Shown piece by piece: positions 1 through 11,614 of a DNA stretch of 64,000 bases. Under the pieces are notes generated by a model that made no database searches, was not told the origin of the DNA, and saw only the letters and a program-made list of their open reading frames with translations. Positions within the stretch are counted from its first letter, which is position 1. Every line of letters starts with the position of its first letter. A program made the translations under genes and the position numbers. The stretch comes from Haliotis cracherodii (Eukaryota): contig NW_027266275.1 in assembly GCF_022045235.1 (NCBI RefSeq), forward strand, positions 80,166,001 to 80,230,000. Reading direction: 5' to 3'.

Positions 1-216
1 AACCTCTGTAGCTGTCTTTTCCTTAATTACTTACCACCAATTGAAAGCGGACTATGATTAAGGATTCCAAATCAAAGACAAAAGAATCTTATTCAGAATA
101 TTATGGTATGTTCAAGGAACCCTCTTTTTATTTCATTATAATATATATTTCAGCAATGAAGGCAATGTTTATTTTTTCTCGGGTTCGTGATTAGCTGATA
201 GTTTTAATCCATTTTT

Positions 217-600
217 GAATTCCAATAACACCAATAAGTAAGTAATAATTTGTAAAACATTCAGGGATGTGCCAATTATTTATTTAACAAAGAAGTCAAT
301 AATGTCCTTTCAGTGTTAACAATTTCATGTTGTTTCAAGATCACAGGGCCACAGAGCAATGATAATAATAATAAGGCAGGAGACATGCTAACATACTGAG
401 ACTGAGTGTGTTGTCTGACATGGCGACGTCTACATCGACGTTGTTGCACCAAGGCATGGCGGGACACTGATACACACTTAGTTGAGGAGGATTAAAAATA
501 CTTGATCTTTATGATGTTTTGATGATAGATAATCTCTTATCACGACATGTGTCATTACATTCTTTATCCTCATAAAACGGGAGAAAATGTTGCTGTGTTG
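217..600. promoter_or_regulatory. Distal moderately conserved non-coding region (about -1.6 to -1.2 kb from the ATG); present in every array unit
   Basis: Colinear short blocks shared with ~60195-60580: CAGGAGACATGCTAAC, TGTCTGACATG, CGGGACA.TGATA.ACACT, TTGATCTTT...TGTTTTGATGATAGA.AATCTC. Confidence 0.5.
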
Positions 601-902
601 ATCACTTTGGTTTCTTAACAATCTTGGTGAACTTAACTACTTGAAATGCATCCTTCAATTCCTCTTATGAATAGCTTTGGTGAGGAACTAACACATACAG
701 TGTATTACAGAAGGTAGCAACATGTAAACAGAGAGATAGCAATAATGGAACATTGTAGTTCAGAAATATGAAACTAATATCTTATATTTGGGTACTTTCT
801 ATATGCTTAACTTGATTGTTACATACTATGCGAATATGTGCTCCCAATAACAGCAGTGCAATGAAACCTTGCAATCAGCATTTAAGAATCGCTTTGATGA
901 AT

Positions 903-1092
903 ATTCACTGAGGCGTGTAATCGTTCACTCTAAAAGCTGACGAGGTGTTTTCTTAAAGGAAACTAGGAACTAGCTGAGATTAACGGGATGAGTGTGATCC
1001 GGGAGACAGGATCAGACAGTGATTGTTCGACAGTCAGATGAGACAGGGAGACGGGCTTGTTACTGTGGAGGAGCATGATAGCCGCTGTCTGG
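903..1092. promoter_or_regulatory. Conserved candidate enhancer with clustered Smad-type (AGAC/GTCT), Sox-type (ATTGTT) and bZIP half-site (TGACG) motifs; present in every array unit
   Basis: 1004-1069 matches 61124-61189 at 65/66 nt; AGAC at 1004, 1014, 1041, 1049; GTCT at 1087; ATTGTT at 1022; CTGACGAG at 937 also conserved. Confidence 0.7.
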
Positions 1093-1616
1093 GAACTGAA
1101 TAGTGAAAAGAGTATGTACCTGTAAAGATGAAGGCCATCTTACACTGACGAATTGTGAATATGCATACGCCGTGATTTAAAGAAGCATATACAGTTTCTG
1201 GGACTTGGCACCAATATATAAATATACCGAATATACATGTAAGATCAGAATTAGTTGTGCAATTTCATTGAATCAAGAAAGCGTAATTCAATCTGACAAC
1301 ATCGGATTCCTGTATATAGCTTATGCGTATATTAAAATAACAATGTTTAATGTCAGAGAATCTATATTTCATGCCTTAAGAAGATAACTTCCACATGTAC
1401 AGTAGTATATTACAGAATATTTTCATAAACACCTTGCTTGAAACATATGGTAATAAGATCTATGTAATTATTTTTTTCAAATTATTCGTTTGCAAAATAT
1501 ATTATCTGTCAAATCACAGCAACGCTTAAAATTATATCAATGTAGCAGATACGTGTTTATTTTACATACGATGCGTACAATTACACATAATACACGCGAC
1601 TACCATTTCTCTAAAG

Positions 1617-1745
1617 CAGATTATAAGCATTGCCTGAAGGAATATGAACACCTCGCCAACACCCGGCCATTGAATGACCACTCGTCTTGTATACACAAGT
1701 AGTTGGGTCTGGTATATAACGCTACACGGGAGCTATCACATGATC
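1617..1745 (+). promoter_or_regulatory. Core/proximal promoter with TATA box (TATATAA 1713-1719); present in every array unit
   Basis: GGTCTGGTATATAACGC and the upstream block CATTGCCTGAAGGAATATG.ACACCTCGCCAACACCCG.CCATT are conserved in the diverged paralog (61607-61735), with TATA exactly 90 bp before the ATG in both. Confidence 0.8.
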
Positions 1746-1802
1746 ACTTGCATTGCCACATCCTACACTTGCACACCAAAATATCTATCCAACTGTCTGA
1801 AA

Positions 1803-3236
1803 ATGTCGCAGTTTAAAATGGCAATTTTCTTTCTGATATGTGTCGGAAATGTTGGAGGACGAGGTATTGCTTTTCCCAAACAATTGCTAACCCAAGATGT
1901 TCGAGTCCTAACTGATACTTATGGGAATGGTGCACGACCTCTTGCAGATCTGTCCCCTATTGTTGGAAGGTTGAGTCATCCAGTTGATTATCAAAAGCCT
2001 TCAACACAATTCATGGTACAATTGTTTAACATTCTTCAAAAAGGGGCACCACTTGCAAGAGCGGCAGGCAGAAAGCTGAACACAGCTGATTTCAAGAAAG
2101 CAGACACCATCAGGAGCTTCACGGCTAAAGGTAATCTTTAACCTGGAGTCAGATCACATACGATTTTAATCATTAACAAACAAATATGAAAAAAGTAAGA
2201 AATTCAATATATCAAGGCCAGGGAATAAGCAGTCTCGATTGTCTGCCGAAACAATTGCAATGCGCATAAAATGCCAAATAGTGATGAAAATTAGATGAAT
2301 GGCTCGCAGACGTTAAGCATTCACTGCAAGAATATTCTTGATGTAAATGTTTTATTTGTACAACTTTGGTTTTCATGCAATGTATGTTTAATTCCAGACA
2401 TGACACAAAAGAATGTAAGAAAGAGAGTTGAGCTATCGTTCAAGATTCCTAGTCTACCTGAAAACGAACGTCTCCGATTAGCTGAGTTCCGGTGCAGACG
2501 CTCTGTATCTCCTTTAAAGAAGTACAGGGTCAAGGTCATCATTCTCAAGGGAGAGAATATCGCACGAAAAGCTAACATCAGGGTCAAACCTATTACACAG
2601 GGTGAATATTATGTATTTGACATCAGTCGAGCCATCAAAGCCTTCATCAACGGTTACCACGGTGACGCCACCATTCATGTGGAAATACCACGGACATTCT
2701 CCAGAATTCTTTTGAAAACAGCATCCGAAACTTATGGATACTTACTTGTATTTTATTTGGAAAATCGCCACTTTCTTCAAAACGTTTTGGAAACCTACAA
2801 AGTGGAAGAGCATTCCACTTTTGATGGATTAGGTAATATAGCATCACGCGCTAAAAGATCGGCACATGCCACAAGCAGACGTCGAGAACGCAAGAACAGA
2901 CGATGGAAGAAGTCCGGGAAGAAACAAGGCTGTCGTCTGTACGACTTTAACGTGGACTTCAAGACGATCGGCTGGGGACAGTGGATCATCCACCCTACAC
3001 GCTTCAACTCCAAATTCTGCCACGGAAACTGTCCCTCCCCCATCGACATCCGATTCAAACCCACCAATCACGCCATGTTGCAGTCACTCATGAGAAGCAA
3101 GCGCTCCAACGCTGCTCCCGACCTTTGTTGTGTCCCAACCAAACTGGAACCTCTCAGCATGATGTACGTGGAGGATGGCGAAGTTGTTGTACGTCATCAC
3201 GAGGACATGATCGCCTCTGAATGTGGATGTCGATGA
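1803..3236 (+). CDS. nodal: Nodal-like TGF-beta ligand precursor, array copy 1; join(1803..2130,2398..3236), 388 aa
   Basis: ATG 90 bp downstream of TATATAA; hydrophobic N-terminus MSQFKMAIFFLICVGNVGG; prodomain motif ADTIRSF; phase-1 intron AAAG|GTAATC...TTCCAG|AC (267 bp) keeps the frame; RAKR furin site at 2847-2858; 7-Cys mature domain with Nodal-type motifs VDF..IGWGQWII.P, PTNHA..QSL, CCVPTKL.PLSM.Y.E.GE.VVRHHEDMI..ECGCR. TGF-beta family membership is near certain; the Nodal subfamily call is by motif recognition. Confidence 0.88.
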
Positions 3237-3419
3237 CGTTGACGTCTCCCATGAACACCAATGGACTATGTCATGAATTCTGATCGTAATCAGCTGCCAA
3301 ACAACCAATCTGTGTCATGACACCTTGGCACGGCCAATTGTAACTGTGATATATAGATATACAATGGTGCTATTTTGTAGATACTGATTTGCTTCATGTA
3401 AAAGAAATGGATCGTTTGT

Positions 3420-3425
3420 AATAAA
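3420..3425 (+). terminator. Polyadenylation signal AATAAA of the array gene (repeated in each unit)
   Basis: First AATAAA after the stop (184 nt downstream), followed by T-rich sequence. Confidence 0.6.
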
Positions 3426-5991
3426 TGTTACACTGTACCAAACTCTCTTTCTTGAATCATCGTAATATTATTTCTTTAGCGCTACACAGAACAATTTATA
3501 TTCCAATATGACACATCCAACTAGTCAGTCCAAGGAGGTTACTCTTTTATAAACAATTAGAAAATACATACTCGTACAACTTTCGATTGCACTTCACCTT
3601 CCATCGGTCATACGTTACCAAGGATAGTTAGTTTGTGCTTGCATGTCACCTGAAATTACCTTTTCAATGCAATACATGGAATGCATACGAATTCTCTTAT
3701 TGACACTTAAAATAGGTGTGATAAATAGGAAGAGCGCACTCCTCATTTTTATCATGAGAAAACACTCTTGAAGTGTATCATGATAACCTGATTAGCACAA
3801 ATAGTTGCATGCCTTTGACACAAAGGAGATTAACAAAGAGGCCACCAGTGAAAGTGACATGGCTGCAGCAAGCGAAATAAAAAACCTTAACGTATGTTGA
3901 CAAGCATAAATTGATTTTCACACGCCATATCCTAACCATGTTTTCTATATGCGTCAACGAATGTGGTGTCAGCGACATTCGGCAGAATTAATCAACGATC
4001 AATCATTGTTGGCAGTAAAATTGTGAAGAGTGAAACCCTTTCTTTCCGGATGGTGCCATTCCTTGTAAAAAACGTCCGGAAAGACGAAATATATATGGAT
4101 ACGGCGAAAACTTTGTGTTTTCATATATACATTCCAAACAAGACTGCATTATTTAACTGGAGTGGCTACAAGTCATACAATGTTTTCGAAACCTCTGTAG
4201 CTGTCTGTTCCTTAATTACTTACCACCAATTGAAAGCGGACTATGATTAAGGATTCCAAATCAAAGACAAAAGAATCTTATTCAGAAAATTATGGTATGT
4301 TCAAGGAACCCTCTTTTTATTTCATTATAATATATATTTCGGCAATGAAGGCAATGTTTATTTTTTCTCGGGTTCGTGATTAGCTGATAGTTTTAATCCA
4401 TTTTTGAATTCCAATAACGCCAATAAGTAAGTAATAATTTGTAAAACATTCAGGGATGTACCAATTATTTATTTAACAAAGAAGTCAATAATGTCCTTTC
4501 AGTGTTAACAATTTCATGTTGTTTCAAGATCACAGGGCCACAGAGCAATGATAATAATAATAAGGCAGGAGACATGCTAACATACTGAGACTGAGTGTGT
4601 TGTCTGACATGGCGACGTCTACATCGACGTTGTTGCACCAAGGCATGGCGGGACACTGATACACACTTAGTTGAGGAGGATTAAAAATACTTGATCTTTA
4701 TGATGTTTTGATGATAGATAATCTCTTATCACGACATGTGTCATTACATTCTTTATCCTCATAAAACGGGAGAAAATGTTGCTGTGTTGATCACTTTGGT
4801 TTCTTAACAATCTTGGTGAACTTAACTACTTGAAATGCATCCTTCAATTCCTCTTATGAATAGCTTTGGTGAGGAACTAACACATACAGTGTATTACAGA
4901 AGGTAGCAACATGTAAACAGAGAGATAGCAATAATGGAACATTGTAGTTCAGAAATATGAAACTAATATCTTATATTTGGGTACTTTCTATATGCTTAAC
5001 TTGATTGTTACATACTATGCGAATATGTGCTCCCAATAACAGCAGTGCAATGAAACCTTGCAATCAGCATTTAAGAATCGCTTTGATGAATATTCACTGA
5101 GGCGTGTAATCGTTCACTCTAAAAGCTGACGAGGTGTTTTCTTAAAGGAAACTAGGAACTAGCTGAGATTAACGGGATGAGTGTGATCCGGGAGACAGGA
5201 TCAGACAGTGATTGTTCGACAGTCAGATGAGACAGGGAGACGGGCTTGTTACTGTGGAGGAGCATGATAGCCGCTGTCTGGGAACTGAATAGTGAAAAGA
5301 GTATGTACCTGTAAAGATGAAGGCCATCTTACACTGACGAATTGTGAATATGCATACGCCGTGATTTAAAGAAGCATATACAGTTTCTGGGACTTGGCAC
5401 CAATATATAAATATACCGAATATACATGTAAGATCAGAATTAGTTGTGCAATTTCATTGAATCAAGAAAGCGTAATTCAATCTGACAACATCGGATTCCT
5501 GTATATAGCTTATGCGTATATTAAAATAACAATGTTTAATGTCAGAGAATCTATATTTCATGCCTTAAGAAGATAACTTCCACATGTACAGTAGTATATT
5601 ACAGAATATTTTCATAAACACCTTGCTTGAAACATATGGTAATAAGATCTATGTAATTATTTTTTTCAAATTATTCGTTTGCAAAATATATTATCTGTCA
5701 AATCACAGCAGCGCTTAAAATTATATCAATGTAGCAGATACGTGTTTATTTTACATACGATGCGTACAATTACACATAATACACGCGACTACCATTTCTC
5801 TAAAGCAGATTATAAGCATTGCCTGAAGGAATATGAACACCTCGCCAACACCCGGCCATTGAATGACCACTCGTCTTGTATACACAAGTAGTTGGGTCTG
5901 GTATATAACGCTACACGGGAGCTATCACATGATCACTTGCATTGCCACATCCTACACTTGCACACCAAAATATCTATCCAACTGTCTGAAA

Positions 5992-7425
5992 ATGTCGCAG
6001 TTTAAAATGGCAATTTTCTTTCTGATATGTGTCGGAAATGTTGGAGGACGAGGTATTGCTTTTCCCAAACAATTGCTAACCCAAGATGTTCGAGTCCTAA
6101 CTGATACTTATGGGAATGGTGCACGACCTCTTGCAGATCTGTCCCCTATTGTTGGAAGGTTGAGTCATCCAGTTGATTATCAAAAGCCTTCAACACAATT
6201 CATGGTACAATTGTTTAACATTCTTCAAAAAGGGGCACCACTTGCAAGAGCGGCAGGCAGAAAGCTGAACACAGCTGATTTCAAGAAAGCAGACACCATC
6301 AGGAGCTTCACGGCTAAAGGTAATCTTTAACCTGGAGTCAGATCACATACGATTTTAATCATTAACAAACAAATATGAAAAAAGTAAGAAATTCAATATA
6401 TCAAGGCCAGGGAATAAGCAGTCTCGATTGTCTGCCGAAACAATTGCAATGCGCATAAAATGCCAAATAGTGATGAAAATTAGATGAATGGCTCGCAGAC
6501 GTTAAGCATTCACTGCAAGAATATTCTTGATGTAAATGTTTTATTTGTACAACTTTGGTTTTCATGCAATGTATGTTTAATTCCAGACATGACACAAAAG
6601 AATGTAAGAAAGAGAGTTGAGCTATCGTTCAAGATTCCTAGTCTACCTGAAAACGAACGTCTCCGATTAGCTGAGTTCCGGTGCAGACGCTCTGTATCTC
6701 CTTTAAAGAAGTACAGGGTCAAGGTCATCATTCTCAAGGGAGAGAATATCGCACGAAAAGCTAACATCAGGGTCAAACCTATTACACAGGGTGAATATTA
6801 TGTATTTGACATCAGTCGAGCCATCAAAGCCTTCATCAACGGTTACCACGGTGACGCCACCATTCATGTGGAAATACCACGGACATTCTCCAGAATTCTT
6901 TTGAAAACAGCATCCGAAACTTATGGATACTTACTTGTATTTTATTTGGAAAATCGCCACTTTCTTCAAAACGTTTTGGAAACCTACAAAGTGGAAGAGC
7001 ATTCCACTTTTGATGGATTAGGTAATATAGCATCACGCGCTAAAAGATCGGCACATGCCACAAGCAGACGTCGAGAACGCAAGAACAGACGATGGAAGAA
7101 GTCAGGGAAGAAACAAGGCTGTCGTCTGTACGACTTTAACGTGGACTTCAAGACGATCGGCTGGGGACAGTGGATCATCCACCCTACACGCTTCAACTCC
7201 AAATTCTGCCACGGAAACTGTCCCTCCCCCATCGACATCCGATTCAAACCCACCAATCACGCCATGTTGCAGTCACTCATGAGAAGCAAGCGCTCCAACG
7301 CTGCTCCCGACCTTTGTTGTGTCCCAACCAAACTGGAACCTCTCAGCATGATGTACGTGGAGGATGGCGAAGTTGTTGTACGTCATCACGAGGACATGAT
7401 CGCCTCTGAATGTGGATGTCGATGA
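5992..7425 (+). CDS. nodal: Nodal-like precursor, array copy 2; join(5992..6319,6587..7425)
   Basis: Same exon/intron structure; protein identical to copy 1 (silent TCC>TCA). Confidence 0.88.
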
Positions 7426-10180
7426 CGTTGACGTCTCCCATGAACACCAATGGACTATGTCATGAATTCTGATCGTAATCAGCTGCCAAACAACCAATCT
7501 GTGTCATGACACCTTGGCACGGCCAATTGTAACTGTGATATATAGATATACAATGGTGCTATTTTGTAGATACTGATTTGCTTCATGTAAAAGAAATGGA
7601 TCGTTTGTAATAAATGTTACACTGTACCAAACTCTCTTTCTTGAATCATCGTAATATTATTTCTTTAGCGCTACACAGAACAATTTATATTCCAATATGA
7701 CACATCCAACTAGTCAGTCCAAGGAGGTTACTCTTTTATAAACAATTAGAAAATACATACTCGTACAACTTTCGATTGCACTTCACCTTCCATCGGTCAT
7801 TCGTTACCAAGGATAGTTAGTTTGTGCTTGCATGTCACCTGAAATTACCTTTTCAATGCAATACATGGAATGCATACGAATTCTCTTATTGACACTTAAA
7901 ATAGGTGTGATAAATAGGAAGAGCGCACTCCTCATTTTTATCATGAGAAAACACTCTTGAAGTGTATCATGATAACCTGATTAGCACAAGTAGTTGCATG
8001 CCTTTGACACAAAGGAGATTAACAAAGAGGCCACCAGTGAAAGTGACATGGCTGCAGCAAGCGAAATAAAAAACCTTAACGTATGTTGACAAGCATAAAT
8101 TGATTTTCACACGCCATATCCTAACCATGTTTTCTATATGCGTCAACGAATGTGGTGTCAGCGACATTCGGCAGAATTAATCAACGATCAATCATTGTTG
8201 GCAGTAAAATTGTGAAGAGTGAAACCCTTTCTTTCCGGATGGTGCCATTCCTTGTAAAAAACGTCCGGAAAGACGAAATATATATGGATACGGCGAAAAC
8301 TTTGTGTTTTCATATAAACATTCCAAACAAGACTGCATTATTTAACTGGAGTGGCTACAAGTCATACAATGTTTTCGAAACCTCTGTAGCTGTCTGTTCC
8401 TTAATTACTTACCACCAATTGAAAGCGGACTATGATTAAGGATTCCAAATCAAAGACAAAAGAATCTTATTCAGAATATTATGGTATGTTCAAGGAACCC
8501 TCTTTTTATTTCATTATAATATATATTTCGGCAATGAAGGCAATGTTTATTTTTTCTCGGGTTCGTGATTAGCTGATAGTTTTAATCCATTTTTGAATTC
8601 CAATAACGCCAATAAGTAAGTAATAATTTGTAAAACATTCAGGGATGTACCAATTATTTATTTAACAAAGAAGTCAATAATGTCCTTTCAGTGTTAACAA
8701 TTTCATGTTGTTTCAAGATCACAGGGCCACAGAGCAATGATAATAATAATAAGGCAGGAGACATGCTAACATACTGAGACTGAGTGTGTTGTCTGACATG
8801 GCGACGTCTACATCGACGTTGTTGCACCAAGGCATGGCGGGACACTGATACACACTTAGTTGAGGAGGATTAAAAATACTTGATCTTTATGATGTTTTGA
8901 TGATAGATAATCTCTTATCACGACATGTGTCATTACATTCTTTATCCTCATAAAACGGGAGAAAATGTTGCTGTGTTGATCACTTTGGTTTCTTAACAAT
9001 CTTGGTGAACTTAACTACTTGAAATGCATCCTTCAATTCCTCTTATGAATAGCTTTGGTGAGGAACTAACACATACAGTGTATTACAGAAGGTAGCAACA
9101 TGTAAACAGAGAGATAGCAATAATGGAACATTGTAGTTCAGAAATATGAAACTAATATCTTATATTTGGGTACTTTCTATATGCTTAACTTGATTGTTAC
9201 ATACTATGCGAATATGTGCTCCCAATAACAGCAGTGCAATGAAACCTTGCAATCAGCATTTAAGAATCGCTTTGATGAATATTCACTGAGGCGTGTAATC
9301 GTTCACTCTAAAAGCTGACGAGGTGTTTTCTTAAAGGAAACTAGGAACTAGCTGAGATTAACGGGATGAGTGTGATCCGGGAGACAGGATCAGACAGTGA
9401 TTGTTCGACAGTCAGATGAGACAGGGAGACGGGCTTGTTACTGTGGAGGAGCATGATAGCCGCTGTCTGGGAACTGAATAGTGAAAAGAGTATGTACCTG
9501 TAAAGATGAAGGCCATCTTACACTGACGAATTGTGAATATGCATACGCCGTGATTTAAAGAAGCATATACAGTTTCTGGGACTTGGCACCAATATATAAA
9601 TATACCGAATATACATGTAAGATCAGAATTAGTTGTGCAATTTCATTGAATCAAGAAAGCGTAATTCAATCTGACAACATCGGATTCCTGTATATAGCTT
9701 ATGCGTATATTAAAATAACAATGTTTAATGTCAGAGAATCTATATTTCATGCCTTAAGAAGATAACTTCCACATGTACAGTAGTATATTACAGAATATTT
9801 TCATAAACACCTTGCTTGAAACATATGGTAATAAGATCTATGTAATTATTTTTTTCAAATTATTCGTTTGCAAAATATATTATCTGTCAAATCACAGCAG
9901 CGCTTAAAATTATATCAATGTAGCAGATACGTGTTTATTTTACATACGATGCGTACAATTACACATAATACACGCGACTACCATTTCTCTAAAGCAGATT
10001 ATAAGCATTGCCTGAAGGAATATGAACACCTCGCCAACACCCGGCCATTGAATGACCACTCGTCTTGTATACACAAGTAGTTGGGTCTGGTATATAACGC
10101 TACACGGGAGCTATCACATGATCACTTGCATTGCCACATCCTACACTTGCACACCAAAATATCTATCCAACTGTCTGAAA

Positions 10181-11614
10181 ATGTCGCAGTTTAAAATGGC
10201 AATTTTCTTTCTGATATGTGTCGGAAATGTTGGAGGACGAGGTATTGCTTTTCCCAAACAATTGCTAACCCAAGATGTTCGAGTCCTAACTGATACTTAT
10301 GGGAATGGTGCACGACCTCTTGCAGATCTGTCCCCTATTGTTGGAAGGTTGAGTCATCCAGTTGATTATCAAAAGCCTTCAACACAATTCATGGTACAAT
10401 TGTTTAACATTCTTCAAAAAGGGGCACCACTTGCAAGAGCGGCAGGCAGAAAGCTGAACACAGCTGATTTCAAGAAAGCAGACACCATCAGGAGCTTCAC
10501 GGCTAAAGGTAATCTTTAACCTGGAGTCAGATCACATACGATTTTAATCATTAACAAACAAATATGAAAAAAGTAAGAAATTCAATATATCAAGGCCAGG
10601 GAATAAGCAGTCTCGATTGTCTGCCGAAACAATTGCAATGCGCATAAAATGCCAAATAGTGATGAAAATTAGATGAATGGCTCGCAGACGTTAAGCATTC
10701 ACTGCAAGAATATTCTTGATGTAAATGTTTTATTTGTACAACTTTGGTTTTCATGCAATGTATGTTTAATTCCAGACATGACACAAAAGAATGTAAGAAA
10801 GAGAGTTGAGCTATCGTTCAAGATTCCTAGTCTACCTGAAAACGAACGTCTCCGATTAGCTGAGTTCCGGTGCAGATGCTCTGTATCTCCTTTAAAGAAG
10901 TACAGGGTCAAGGTCATCATTCTCAAGGGAGAGAATATCGCACGAAAAGCTAACATCAGGGTCAAACCTATTACACAGGGTGAATATTATGTATTTGACA
11001 TCAGTCGAGCCATCAAAGCCTTCATCAACGGTTACCACGGTGACGCCACCATTCATGTGGAAATACCACGGACATTCTCCAGAATTCTTTTGAAAACAGC
11101 ATCCGAAACTTATGGATACTTACTTGTATTTTATTTGGAAAATCGCCACTTTCTTCAAAACGTTTTGGAAACCTACAAAGTGGAAGAGCATTCCACTTTT
11201 GATGGATTAGGTAATATAGCATCACGCGCTAAAAGATCGGCACATGCCACAAGCAGACGTCGAGAACGCAAGAACAGACGATGGAAGAAGTCCGGGAAGA
11301 AACAAGGCTGTCGTCTGTACGACTTTAACGTGGACTTCAAGACGATCGGCTGGGGACAGTGGATCATCCACCCTACACGCTTCAACTCCAAATTCTGCCA
11401 CGGAAACTGTCCCTCCCCCATCGACATCCGATTCAAACCCACCAATCACGCCATGTTGCAGTCACTCATGAGAAGCAAGCGCTCCAACGCTGCTCCCGAC
11501 CTTTGTTGTGTCCCAACCAAACTGGAACCTCTCAGCATGATGTACGTGGAGGATGGCGAAGTTGTTGTACGTCATCACGAGGACATGATCGCCTCTGAAT
11601 GTGGATGTCGATGA
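10181..11614 (+). CDS. nodal: Nodal-like precursor, array copy 3; join(10181..10508,10776..11614)
   Basis: Intact; one prodomain change RCRRS>RCRCS. Confidence 0.88.

Noticed and set aside
422-445. Imperfect hairpin GGCGACGTC...GACGTTGTT
   Set aside because: Short, needs G-T pairs, and is not conserved in the paralog.
1060-1070. FoxH1 site (TGTGGATT) as in the vertebrate Nodal asymmetric enhancer
   Set aside because: The sequence is TGTGGAG in the array and TGTGGAAT in the paralog, neither matching the consensus.
1674-1802. 43-aa N-terminal extension in the 155-aa ORF
   Set aside because: It starts upstream of the TATA box and is not conserved as an ORF in the paralog; the ATG at 1803 matches the paralog start and precedes the signal-like segment.
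2295-2397. N-terminal 34 aa of the 313-aa ORF (and 37 aa of ORF 62153)
   Set aside because: Intronic read-through upstream of the conserved splice acceptor; unrelated between the paralogs.
276-4250. Many 60-100 aa ORFs repeated in every unit, on both strands
   Set aside because: They recur only because the DNA is tandemly repeated. They show no recognisable domains, several are shadows of the real CDS, and some are broken by indels or SNPs in particular units.
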